64,000 bases of DNA, from contig JAQOWU010000007.1 of NCBI GenBank assembly GCA_030867685.1, forward strand, positions 1,674,001-1,738,000, given 5' to 3'. The position numbers were made by a program, and so were the translations under genes. The DNA comes from Wickerhamiella versatilis. Lineage: Eukaryota. Under the pieces are notes generated by a model. It ran no database searches. It was not told where the DNA came from and worked only from the letters and a program-made list of their open reading frames with translations. Numbering within the stretch: position 1 is the stretch's first letter; every line of letters starts with the position of its first letter. Positions 43,164 to 53,010 of this stretch are shown here, in pieces.

Positions 43164-43831
43164 ATGCTTCGTTAGCTTGGTAAGTCTGGTGAGGATACGC
43201 ACCTCGTTGTGTTGGGCACCCTAGCCCAGTGAGATCTGTTTGAGTAGTGTTTTTTCACCATGTCTTCGAACAGCGTAAATCGATAAAACTAGGCCAGTAT
43301 TTTCAGCTTGTACTTACCAGAATCTCATTCATTGTTCCCTCTTTCATTGGGATGGTCTGACTTTAAGGTGGATCTAGATATTTCTAAACACTCCTCGCGT
43401 TAGGGCATTTGAGCAGCTTGGCTTTAGCCTTATGCCCTGCATTTCAAGAACTTACTCATGTGAATCATTTATTTGGCTATAGGGAATTCTGCAGGGGTAT
43501 TTCGCAGATTAGAGACGATGAAGAGTGCGGGATCACCAAGCACCTATCAACCTCAAGTATTATTTATTCAGGAATATTCTCGACTAAGAAACGGTATCAT
43601 CAATTTTTCTCTCAAATTCTTGTCTAGGATGGTGCACTCTATCTATCACATCTCAACTATCTGCCTAAAGTATAGCATCTAGCTCGGGTAATAGCTACCC
43701 TGCTAAATTCCATCCTACAATTCTTGAGACAATTGCTTTATCGTACATTACAATGATGCCATAGCTGATGGGTCTCATATTGCAAAAATAATCGACTCGA
43801 AGTCTGTCAGCCCGGCGTCAGGCAAGTCAGC

Positions 43832-45802
43832 ATGTCCCGGGCTCGCGGCATAGTGGAGCTCCTAATAGTGCTCTTCATAGTGAGCCAATTCCCTAGGTTT
43901 GCTGGGCTCTCGGATGCTGATGAACGGCACCTCCGTGATTTGAATAGGGTTGTCCGGAGAGAGGACGCCTTGGTTCAATCATTACCGGTTTCTGGTTCGC
44001 CACCAAATCTCACAGGATATGATGCACTGAATCCCATACCTTCACAAATTTCAAAGCAACTTAAGAACGATTTTGAGAATCACTCTCGAGCTACTTTCTA
44101 TACAAACGTGTCTTCGTTGCTAAAAGGTCATTCTAAACGAATGCACTTGCAGCCCCCACCACGCACGATGAATTCTTCTGTCAAAGGCTTGGACTTGAAG
44201 AATTCCTCTTTTTTATACGGAAGAAGGCCATTGGAGCATGAAAAAGTGGGTATCTGGATCAATTCACATTATCACTTGAACGGCACCAGTATGCTGCGAG
44301 CCTATCTAGAATTTCAGAGCTCTCAGTTTGGTGTAGACCTATATGGTGTGTACACTGATGATGGTAAAGCCACTTTGGCTTCCAATAGTCTCAAATTCAG
44401 TGGGTTTCGGGCAACACCATACCTTGCGGAGGCCGATGTTACCCGCACCTTCGTCAAAATGCAGCGTACTCTAGAATTCAACGACCTAAAATTACTTGAA
44501 GAGAGGGCTTTGGAATGCGAATGGGTACTCCAAGGTATAGTACATGCACATCATGCCACCCATAAGGAAGTTTGGGATGCGGAGGAGGAGCTGGCCCACC
44601 CCAGGGGTGCCCCGATCAAAAAGGTCCCCAATGTTCATTTCAGCGGTACCATTTGGTCCCCCGACTGTGGTCTGGCATATGAGACTTCGATGAAGGGCGA
44701 AAGAGCCGAACGGCGTACCGCTCGAACGTTTAAAGTATGCACGATTGCAGTACTAGGTGTAATTACACTTATCATTTTATCATCGCTATTTTATCGAAGT
44801 TTGAACACAGCCTCCAAATTGTGCCGTGTGGGATTTTGGACTTTGGCATTAATGTCTCTCACTGATGGTGTGGTCTGTATTGTTAGCCTTCTGCTATCGC
44901 TGGACGATTCGTATGGCCTTCCTGCCATGGCATTGGCAATTCTCGCTCTCCTGCTGGTAGGGATGTTCGACTTGCAGCTCATGGTGACAATATTTGGTGC
45001 TCAGCTTACCGAACAGGCAGGAAACGCAAGGGCCGCTGGCGAGACTAGGACCGCAGAGCTGCCGAGCGATCGTGAGATAATGAATCTGATATATACACGC
45101 TACTATCTGGTGATTGTCTTGTTCTTTGCGTCGCTTTCCCTACTTTCATTGGGAGATAAAGTGCGCCGCATCTATGAATGCGTTCTCCTGGCTATAATAT
45201 ACAGTTTCTGGTGGCCTCAAATTTGGCACAGTGCACGGAGAGGTACAGTCATTCCTTTCTCGATGAAGTGGATAGTGACCACTGGTGTTATCCGTCTAGC
45301 GCCGACAGTATACATGTGTGTTGATCGACACAATGTCGGCCTACATAGGCACTCGCCGCACTTAGGCTTTGCAGTGGTCGGATGGCAAGTTTTACAGATG
45401 GTAATACTGGGTACGCAAATAAAATTTGGTCCACGCTTTTTCCTTCCCTTATCATTTTTTGCCAAAGGCTATGACTATCATCGCTTGCTGGTAATCAGCG
45501 ATGTAGAAGCCAATGATAATGCGGAACAACCACCAACACTGGAACCGCTTCACCAACAGGGTGCAGAGTATGATGACAGGCTGGGCTGCGAGGTCAAGCC
45601 TGTAGCTTGTGCGGTATGTATGTACGACGTTCGTCTCCCTTTGATCGAAAACACCACTCAGGTTAGACCGGCCATTCTCTCGGAGACGCAAAAGTACATG
45701 GTAACCCCCTGTCAACATGCATTCCATACGGAATGCCTTGAACGTTGGATGCATGCTCGCTTGCAGTGCCCAGTGTGCCGTTGTCCGTTGCCGCCAATTT
45801 GA
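43832..45802 (+). CDS. TUL1: Transmembrane RING-H2 E3 ligase of the Dsc complex
   Basis: Luminal domain ending WSPDCG, multiple TM segments, SFWWPQI, GPRFF, YDYH, CAVCM...YMVTPCQHAFHTECLERWM..RLQCPVCR. Confidence 0.92.
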   Translation: MSRARGIVELLIVLFIVSQFPRFAGLSDADERHLRDLNRVVRREDALVQSLPVSGSPPNLTGYDALNPIPSQISKQLKNDFENHSRATFYTNVSSLLKGHSKRMHLQPPPRTMNSSVKGLDLKNSSFLYGRRPLEHEKVGIWINSHYHLNGTSMLRAYLEFQSSQFGVDLYGVYTDDGKATLASNSLKFSGFRATPYLAEADVTRTFVKMQRTLEFNDLKLLEERALECEWVLQGIVHAHHATHKEVWDAEEELAHPRGAPIKKVPNVHFSGTIWSPDCGLAYETSMKGERAERRTARTFKVCTIAVLGVITLIILSSLFYRSLNTASKLCRVGFWTLALMSLTDGVVCIVSLLLSLDDSYGLPAMALAILALLLVGMFDLQLMVTIFGAQLTEQAGNARAAGETRTAELPSDREIMNLIYTRYYLVIVLFFASLSLLSLGDKVRRIYECVLLAIIYSFWWPQIWHSARRGTVIPFSMKWIVTTGVIRLAPTVYMCVDRHNVGLHRHSPHLGFAVVGWQVLQMVILGTQIKFGPRFFLPLSFFAKGYDYHRLLVISDVEANDNAEQPPTLEPLHQQGAEYDDRLGCEVKPVACAVCMYDVRLPLIENTTQVRPAILSETQKYMVTPCQHAFHTECLERWMHARLQCPVCRCPLPPI

Positions 45803-46171
45803 GTATATTTATTAGTTGATTTCGTATGTATATAATAATAATTATAACAATCGTGTTAAGAACAATAGTAACTGTGCTATTTGTGTTTTCAAACTATCGG
45901 TTTCGATATCCAAGCGAACATTATCAAAATTAGGTTATCAAATTAAGCACCGTAACTAACTAACCAACCAACTGGCAACGTCTTACCCCTTGTGATTACA
46001 CATCACTGGCCGGTTGACAATTTACAATGACTTAACCACTATAGTTTTTTTTTCTAGAGCTTTCAATACGCTACCAAACCATTGCCAATACAACACTGGC
46101 AGTGTGTAGGTTGAGCAAGGCGTCTACATTAGACCAATAAGACTTTACATATGCTTCCTATAAGGAACTGC

Positions 46172-46759
46172 TTATTTCTTCTGAGCCGTGAGCTTCCTCA
46201 AGTAGAACTGAAGCTCTTCGCCTTCAAGAATGTAACCGTCAACACGGCCAGACTGGCCAGGACGAGAGGAGACTGCGGCATAGATGCGGCCAGCAGCGAA
46301 CTGAGGCTCAAGACCCTGAGTGAGCTTGGCCTGGTGAAGCCGCGCCTTGGTCTTTGAGGTCTGCTTGAGGTCCTCAGTGACCTTACCACGGCGAGAGGCT
46401 GGCACACCGTAGTGAGACTCGAAGTACTGACGGAAGGGGTGAGCGTCAATCTGGACAATGGCGGCTTTAGTCAGTGTGTTGGTACGGACAAGCTCATTGT
46501 TTGATGGGTGGTAGACGACCTGGATGACACGAGTCTTGCGGCTGACTCCCTCAGTACCCCAAGAGAAGTTACCAGTCTCAAGACGCAGAGCACGGTGCTT
46601 GATGTTACCACCACGCACGCGAACAGGGTGGATACGCTTCTCACCGATCTTGGTGTTAGATGGCTGACGGCCCATCTCGAACTTCCGCTTCTTGCGGAAC
46701 TGAGCGCGCATGGCGCCAGTGTGGCTGCGCTTCCTCATGGTCGTGCGCGTGATACCCAT
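46172..46759 (-). CDS. RPS8: 40S ribosomal protein eS8
   Basis: RKKRKFEMGRQ, RVRGGNIK.RALRLETGNFSW, SNNELVRTNTL, SSRPGQSGR.DGYILEGEEL.FY. Confidence 0.99.
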   Translation of the reverse strand: MGITRTTMRKRSHTGAMRAQFRKKRKFEMGRQPSNTKIGEKRIHPVRVRGGNIKHRALRLETGNFSWGTEGVSRKTRVIQVVYHPSNNELVRTNTLTKAAIVQIDAHPFRQYFESHYGVPASRRGKVTEDLKQTSKTKARLHQAKLTQGLEPQFAAGRIYAAVSSRPGQSGRVDGYILEGEELQFYLRKLTAQKK

Positions 46760-46836
46760 GGCGGTAGTTGATCGTTAACTTTCGGCCTGGACCTGGCAGG
46801 ACGTGCGTCGCTTGGGTGCTGGGTGATTACCTCATA

Positions 46837-46850
46837 AGCCCTGAGCCCTA
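46837..46850. promoter_or_regulatory. Tandem AGCCCT repeat (AGCCCTGAGCCCTA) in the RPS8/DPH3 divergent promoter; Tbf1/IFHL-like ribosomal-protein element
   Basis: Minus strand TAGGGCTCAGGGCT resembles TAGGGCT-type ribosomal-protein promoter elements of non-Saccharomyces yeasts. Confidence 0.35.
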
Positions 46851-46906
46851 TCCAAATCGAAAGATTTCTAAGCGAGAGGTTCAGCCTGGAGGGTTTCCAA
46901 ACAGGC

Positions 46907-47146
46907 ATGAGTGTCTATGATTCTATTGAAATTGAGGATATGACATGGGATCCCGCCACCCAATGTTTCTACTATCCTTGTCCCTGCGGTGACCAGTTCC
47001 AGGCTGCACTTGCTGACTTAGAGGATGGCGAGGTAATTGCAGAGTGTCCTACATGCTCTCTGCAGATAGAGGTGATCTATGAGGCAGAGGACTTGGCTAA
47101 AATTACAGAAAAAGTGAAAGAGCCAGTTCCTGCTATGGCCATATAA
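46907..47146 (+). CDS. DPH3: Diphthamide biosynthesis CSL zinc-finger protein Dph3/Kti11
   Basis: YDSIEIEDM, YYPCPCGDQF, AECPTCSL.IEVIY. Confidence 0.97.
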   Translation: MSVYDSIEIEDMTWDPATQCFYYPCPCGDQFQAALADLEDGEVIAECPTCSLQIEVIYEAEDLAKITEKVKEPVPAMAI

Positions 47147-47334
47147 TCCACACAGAATGCATAGAGACAGCCATGCGGCACATTTTTCACTTCTTGTTTG
47201 CTTGGTTGTTTATTTTTTAATTTTTTTTTCTTTTTAATTGCACGTCAAAAATCTTGTGCGCAAGGTAACCGTACATTTTTTAATATTATTATTGAATAAA
47301 TATACTATAAATAATGCTAATTTTCACGATTTTT

Positions 47335-48501
47335 TCAAGCAGCTTTGATTTTTTTGCGGCTATTGCCATCTGCCGAGGCCACTGGCCTTCTATTGCTCGC
47401 AGGTATTGACATATTCGTGGCGCTCGTGATTCTTCGTGTGGGATAGCGGATATGTACTCCCTCGAAGCAATTGTCCATAGAGACATTTTGGAAAAACGGT
47501 TGCTTGAGGGCATCTTCGGCAGAAATGCGCTTATCTGGATTGTAGATGAGCATCTGTCTCAAGATGTCAAGCTCAGCAGGGTTATTGTTGTTATTGACTG
47601 TGCGGTACCATTGTTCCAGTCTATTAGGATATATGCGCATTGACTGAAGCTCGTGGTACTCAGGGCAGGCTGTTATCGATCTCCATGTGTTAGTGGAGGG
47701 TGTGCCAAGTATTTCCAGTAGCTTCTGCATCTGGCCACGTTGGAAGGGCATGCGTTTTCTATTATCCATCCTGGCCTCTTCACCCTTGAACATTGGCTTT
47801 AACGCAAGCATTTCTCCCATAATGCACCCAACGGCCCAGATATCCATAGTAGGCGTGTAATGACGACACCCTAGCAACAACTCAGGAGCCCGGTACCATA
47901 TGGTAACGACCACTCTATCTCCAGAGTAGAGACTTTGGAGGGGATCCCGAAATATGCGAGCAAGGCCCAGGTCACCAATTTTTACACGGCCACCAGCTGT
48001 GATCATAATGTTTGCCGGCTTGAGGTCTCGGTGTAGCACCCAATTGCGATGGAGATAGGCCACTCCACTCAAAACTTGGCCTAATACAGACCTTACCAGA
48101 TTGTCAGGTAGCTTGCGAGGCTCATTTTGGCAATGATATTGTATCAGTTGCAAAAGATCGTGCTCCGCATACTCCAACACAAGGTAGATACTCTTATCTT
48201 CCAAGACTGATTCCAGCAGCCGAACAATGTTTTCATGATTCAAATCACGAGATAACGCTATCTCACGTATGGCACTTTGGCTAATCCCGGTGTAATAAGT
48301 TGGCTCAATCTCCTTGTCTGCCTTAAACTTCTTGATAGCCACGAGCCGACCTTCATTCTGGGCCTTATACACTCGACCATACGTACCTGCAGCTATATAG
48401 CCCAATATTTGGTACTTTTTTATTGGGTCCACGTGTTCCTTCTGCCTTCTCGCTTTATATCTGGCCATGGGATCCACCATTTTCGACGCACCCCCGTGCA
48501 T
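47335..48501 (-). CDS. SSN3: Mediator kinase Cdk8/Srb10
   Basis: GYIAAGTYGRVYKA, TGISQSAIRE, EYAEHDLLQ, LYSGDRVVVTIWYRAPELLLG, FKGEEA. Start uncertain (ATGs at 48501, 48480, 48468). Confidence 0.95.
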   Translation of the reverse strand: MHGGASKMVDPMARYKARRQKEHVDPIKKYQILGYIAAGTYGRVYKAQNEGRLVAIKKFKADKEIEPTYYTGISQSAIREIALSRDLNHENIVRLLESVLEDKSIYLVLEYAEHDLLQLIQYHCQNEPRKLPDNLVRSVLGQVLSGVAYLHRNWVLHRDLKPANIMITAGGRVKIGDLGLARIFRDPLQSLYSGDRVVVTIWYRAPELLLGCRHYTPTMDIWAVGCIMGEMLALKPMFKGEEARMDNRKRMPFQRGQMQKLLEILGTPSTNTWRSITACPEYHELQSMRIYPNRLEQWYRTVNNNNNPAELDILRQMLIYNPDKRISAEDALKQPFFQNVSMDNCFEGVHIRYPTRRITSATNMSIPASNRRPVASADGNSRKKIKAA

Positions 48502-48521
48502 CCCCTCGTGACTAATAGTCA

Positions 48522-49133
48522 ATGGCTGCCGAAGATGAGTTGAAGACACATATTGAGACTATTCTCGAACTTTCCAAAGTTTTAGAATCGGGGACTGATA
48601 AGAATAGCTCACAGGAGTCTGCATCACTAATAGCTATCGAACGTGCAGTATTCAAGGCACGGGAAATAGTGCGCGGTCAGGAAGAGCAGACGGCGGCAGA
48701 GTTGAATGACTTGAAATTAACACAGGATAAAATAAGAAATTTGAAAGAGGTCATCGATTATCATCAGCGATATATCAACTACTGTGAAAGTCAGCATCGC
48801 TTAGATTATTGGATTGATCATGCCAATGAAACTCCTCAGGGGGGTAGCACAAAAGAAGTGGTCCAGAAAAAGCTTCAGCAGGAAGTTGATGAAAGAACCA
48901 GAACAGCAGAGGAATTGGGTGACTTACGTGCGAGGGCTTTCAAGCTTCGAGTAAGGCATACCGATCTTGTGAAGGCCTTAGATTCGCGGAGGATCACTGA
49001 AGTTGCCGGTACTCTAAATAGTAAGGCACGTCTAGTGGGAAATATTCTGAGAGATATACAAAGGGATTTTAGACTTCCTGAGGAAGTTCTTATGAAAGAT
49101 GCTCAAGAAGTTCCCGAAGAAGCATCCGCGTAA
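48522..49133 (+). CDS. Coiled-coil protein, possibly THO complex Thoc5/Fmip-like
   Basis: 203-aa helical ORF; IRNL.....YHQRYINYCES and KLQQEVDER....EEL loosely match fungal Thoc5-like proteins. Confidence 0.5.
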   Translation: MAAEDELKTHIETILELSKVLESGTDKNSSQESASLIAIERAVFKAREIVRGQEEQTAAELNDLKLTQDKIRNLKEVIDYHQRYINYCESQHRLDYWIDHANETPQGGSTKEVVQKKLQQEVDERTRTAEELGDLRARAFKLRVRHTDLVKALDSRRITEVAGTLNSKARLVGNILRDIQRDFRLPEEVLMKDAQEVPEEASA

Positions 49134-49194
49134 ATTTATAATGAGTAAAATATTGGTAGCATTTGTGGCTTAAATATATGTACAATGGTGAATT

Positions 49195-49848
49195 TTAAAC
49201 GTTATCATCACGTTTAGCATGTTGGTCTAGTGTAAGATAAAGTTTTTGAGGTGACGCCTGAAGAGTCTTGACCAGACCTGCACCACCAAGTATCGTAAGA
49301 ACTCCAGCCAGCTGGGCCCTCAGTTCAGCCATACCAGGCATCTTGCGGAACTCGTCAACCTGGGCTCTACTAAGAGCACCGCCATCTACCTGGCCACCAA
49401 GTAGAACCAGCTTGTTCCCCGATTTTTCAATGACTGAACAGATCTTGTCAACTGCTGTTGGCTCGAGAGAGGGCAGTGTAACGATCGCTGAAGGACCCTG
49501 GAAAAATTTTGAGAGGGGATGGCCTTTTCCACGGTATATACGATGTGCTTCAGAGCTCGCCGGGTCGGGATGCTCGAGGCCTCGGAGGGCAACACGCATC
49601 AATCCAGATCTCACTATGGTGAGTTGACCACCAGCCTTAAGAATATCCTGACGTAGCTGATTATCGTCACGCTTCAGTAACGTCGAGTTGTGAAGAGCGA
49701 GTACAACGGGGTTACTGCGCACCAACTGCACATATCTATCGACCAGATATGTCTTCCGCGAGTTAAGTGCCTTCCATGTATCTCTTGATGCAGCCTGAGT
49801 TGACTGAAACCTCACTAGCGTGAACCCTCTCAGGGCTCGGGCGAACAT
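49195..49848 (-). CDS. MRPL11: Mitochondrial ribosomal protein uL10m
   Basis: Presequence MFARALRGFTLVRFQST, SRKTYLVDRY, LVLLGG.VDG, LRAQLAGVLTILGGAGLVKTL. Confidence 0.88.
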   Translation of the reverse strand: MFARALRGFTLVRFQSTQAASRDTWKALNSRKTYLVDRYVQLVRSNPVVLALHNSTLLKRDDNQLRQDILKAGGQLTIVRSGLMRVALRGLEHPDPASSEAHRIYRGKGHPLSKFFQGPSAIVTLPSLEPTAVDKICSVIEKSGNKLVLLGGQVDGGALSRAQVDEFRKMPGMAELRAQLAGVLTILGGAGLVKTLQASPQKLYLTLDQHAKRDDNV

Positions 49849-50182
49849 GCACTTTATTGATTACTCACAATTTGGCAGACTATTCTTGTACGACTTTTAT
49901 GATGGTGTAATAGTGCTATATGACATATAAAAGAAACTATTAATCGAATAATAGGAAAAATATAAAGCCAAGGTTTTTTTTTGGTTGTAAGGATCAACTT
50001 ATACTCCAGTGTATGTGGTTGCATGTTTTTTCAGTTCAAGTTCCCAAGGTTAGCAGATTTCAAAAGAGCTAGAATTGAAATTTAGTTGCTAAATCATGAA
50101 GAAAAGCTGGTTTTATTCGCCAAGGTATAAACACCAGTACCGTAGTTGACTCAGCCTAGCCCGATCGATCTAGCAGGGTAGG

Positions 50183-52810
50183 ATGCGAAAGAATGCTTTC
50201 GCGGGAACGCTTAATCTTCCCCGCTCTATACTCCCTAACCGATCGAATCGGAAGAGAGTTCCAGAGTTACTAAAAAAAACCGGTGAAGAACTTTACGCTT
50301 GGCAGAAAAAGCAGTTTGGACACCAGAAGCCTTATGTGCTGCATGATGGTCCCCCGTACGCCAATGGGGCATTACATTTGGGTCATGCCGTGAACAAGAT
50401 TCTTAAAGATTTCATAAATCGGTATAATGTGCTTGCAGGCTGTCATGTTGAATACAAACCGGGATGGGATTGCCATGGGTTACCGATTGAACTTTCCAGT
50501 CTCAAAAAGCATAAGCCAAAAACATCGACGGAACGTAGGAAGGTTGCCCGTGAGTTAGCTTCTTCCATGATAGTCCGCCAGATGGAGGGTTTCAAAGGAT
50601 TTGGCGTCATGGCAGATTGGAACGATATTTACCGCACTATGGATACCGAATATGTTGTACGGGAATTGCGGGTTCTTGCGGAGTTGGCAAGAAAAGGACT
50701 AGTGTTTCGCGAACGTAAACCTGTATATTGGTCGGTTGAATCTGCCACTGCGCTTGCTGAATCTGAGCTCCAATATGGTGAGCGCAAGTCGACTGCCGTC
50801 TATGTAGCTTATCCTATCAAAGAATCATCGGATGAGAAGCTAGTTATATGGACAACGACGCCTTGGACATTACCAGCAAACCAAGCTATCGCTGTAAATA
50901 AAGATATGAATTATGTTCTCACGGGCGATAACTTGATTGTGGCTGAATCCAGACTTGACACAGTAGGGGGAAGCATCAAGAAATATATTAAGGGGTCAGA
51001 ACTAATAGGTATCCAATATCTCTGCCCCTTGCGTGGTACCTATCACTCTGTTGTAGCCGGTGACCATGTAACCAGTGACACTGGTACTGGCCTTGTACAT
51101 ACAGCCCCTGCTCATGGTAAGGAAGACTTCGCTTTAGGGCAGCAATGCGGCCTTGCTACACACTCGCCCGTAAATGAAAAGGGTCGTTATTTTGGTGACG
51201 AAATTCCCAAAGAACTTGTGGGCCTTGATGCACGGACAGAAGGTCAAAGCAAAGTCTTAGAGTTGCTTAAACCCTCAATTCTTAAGGTTGAGTCGATAGT
51301 GCATTCTGTTCCCTTTGATTGGAGGTCCAAGACACCTGTTATGATCCTCGCAACTCCCCAATTTTTTATAGATTTGGGACCATTCAGGGAAAAAGCTATC
51401 GAGGCGCTGGATAACGTAGAATTTAAACCCCAACAGGGTAAGCAACGACTTACTGCCTTTGTTCAGAGCCGCACGGACTGGTGTATTTCTCGACAGCGAG
51501 TCTGGGGTGTACCAATACCTGCATTTTACAAGGATGGAAATTGCATTTTCAGTCCTGAAATTATCGAGCAAGTGGCATCGAAAATAGAGGCTGATGGATC
51601 GGCACTGGAACGTTGGTTCGACCCCTCAGATTCTCCAAATGAGTGGGTTTCCTTAGATGGGTCTGATTGGCGGAAAAGCCAGGACACGTTGGATGTTTGG
51701 CTAGATAGTGGTACTTCATGGACACAACTCTCGGAGACGCCTGCCCAGTATTACCTAGAAGGTAGTGATCAGCACCGAGGATGGTTCCAGAGTTCTCTGT
51801 TGACACACGTTGCAGTGAAAAGTCGCCCAGAGGCTCCGTTCCGAGAACTGATCACGCATGGTTTTGTACTTGATGAAAACCGGCAAAAGATGTCCAAGTC
51901 TTTGGGAAATGTTGTGGCCCCCGAAGATCTAATAAAGACTTTGGGAGTAGATGGATTGCGTTTGCTTATAGCTCAATCGGATTATACTGCTGATATTTCG
52001 CTGAGTGACACCGCTGTTCACCAGGTGGCATCAAATGTGAAGAAATTTCGATTAAGCTTCAAGTATCTTTTGGGCAATCTAATGGACTATAAGATTCAAG
52101 ACCAGGTGGAGCTGAATGAGCTAGACAAGCATGCCCTCACAAACCTCTCTGTGCTCGTTCGCCAATGCCTTGACGCCTATAAAGAGCACAGGTTCAATTA
52201 CGTTGTAAAATATCTCCAAGCTCATATGAACAGTTCACTTTCCTCCCTGTATTTCGATGTCGCCAAGGACATATTGTATGCTGATGCAGTGGATTCCCCT
52301 GCGCGAAGGGCCATACAATATGTGCTGCATACAGTATTGGATGTTTATGTCCGACTATTGAGTCCTTTAATGCCTCTCTTAACCCAGGAAGTATGGGAAC
52401 TGTGCCCACCTACAATTACCAAAAATTTGGCTTCTCCAGCAATGGCTGGATGGCCAGGTGAAATAGCCAAATTCCCTGAAGAGACTAAACTAGTAGATCG
52501 GCTGCTGGAGTTAAGAACTCAATCTAACGAGGCAATTGAACTTGCACGTTTGGATAAGCGGGTGGGTTCCTCCTTAGCATGCGACGTCATCGTACCATCA
52601 TCCCTGCAAAAACACCGAGCCCTTCTGGAGCAGCTACTCATAGTTTCCAATGTCTCCATGTCCTCTGACCCTCAGCCATCTTTTGAATGGAGCTATAATG
52701 TGGGGGATGTAACAGTTGCTCCTGCTCAGTCGCACAAGTGTCCAAGGTGCTGGCGTTTTGCCTCACCAGAGGAGGATAAGCTCTGTGCAAGATGTGAGCA
52801 TGTTTTGTAA
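50183..52810 (+). CDS. ISM1: Mitochondrial (bacterial-type) isoleucyl-tRNA synthetase
   Basis: LHDGPPYANG.LHLGH, PGWDCHGLPIE, WTTTPWT, WCISRQR.WG, EGSDQHRGWF, KMSKS, C-terminal CPRCW...CARC zinc finger. Confidence 0.95.
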   Translation: MRKNAFAGTLNLPRSILPNRSNRKRVPELLKKTGEELYAWQKKQFGHQKPYVLHDGPPYANGALHLGHAVNKILKDFINRYNVLAGCHVEYKPGWDCHGLPIELSSLKKHKPKTSTERRKVARELASSMIVRQMEGFKGFGVMADWNDIYRTMDTEYVVRELRVLAELARKGLVFRERKPVYWSVESATALAESELQYGERKSTAVYVAYPIKESSDEKLVIWTTTPWTLPANQAIAVNKDMNYVLTGDNLIVAESRLDTVGGSIKKYIKGSELIGIQYLCPLRGTYHSVVAGDHVTSDTGTGLVHTAPAHGKEDFALGQQCGLATHSPVNEKGRYFGDEIPKELVGLDARTEGQSKVLELLKPSILKVESIVHSVPFDWRSKTPVMILATPQFFIDLGPFREKAIEALDNVEFKPQQGKQRLTAFVQSRTDWCISRQRVWGVPIPAFYKDGNCIFSPEIIEQVASKIEADGSALERWFDPSDSPNEWVSLDGSDWRKSQDTLDVWLDSGTSWTQLSETPAQYYLEGSDQHRGWFQSSLLTHVAVKSRPEAPFRELITHGFVLDENRQKMSKSLGNVVAPEDLIKTLGVDGLRLLIAQSDYTADISLSDTAVHQVASNVKKFRLSFKYLLGNLMDYKIQDQVELNELDKHALTNLSVLVRQCLDAYKEHRFNYVVKYLQAHMNSSLSSLYFDVAKDILYADAVDSPARRAIQYVLHTVLDVYVRLLSPLMPLLTQEVWELCPPTITKNLASPAMAGWPGEIAKFPEETKLVDRLLELRTQSNEAIELARLDKRVGSSLACDVIVPSSLQKHRALLEQLLIVSNVSMSSDPQPSFEWSYNVGDVTVAPAQSHKCPRCWRFASPEEDKLCARCEHVL

Positions 52811-53010
52811 ATAGTAAATGTAAATTAAGAAAGTAACGACTTTAGGCATGTGTGCCTTGTCAATAAAAGATTGAAGTGCGCTAAAAAAAGCTCTTTATCA
52901 TGTTTGGTAGTTTTAATATAGCAAGAATTATATGTTGTAGCTCGTTAAAGAAATTATTTGACATTCATGAAATATTTCAGGGCTAGGGTAGTTTGTTCTG
53001 ATCTTAAGCT

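Noticed and set aside
43409-43682. Small ORFs in the ERG13-TUL1 spacer (also 29226-29663, 36072-36332, 37362-37547)
   Set aside because: No motifs, AT-rich promoter/terminator context, and two of them simply run across tRNA genes.
45953-45972. TAACTAACTAACCAACCAAC short repeat downstream of RPS8
   Set aside because: Low-complexity 3'-end sequence; neither a telomeric array nor a branch point in intron context.
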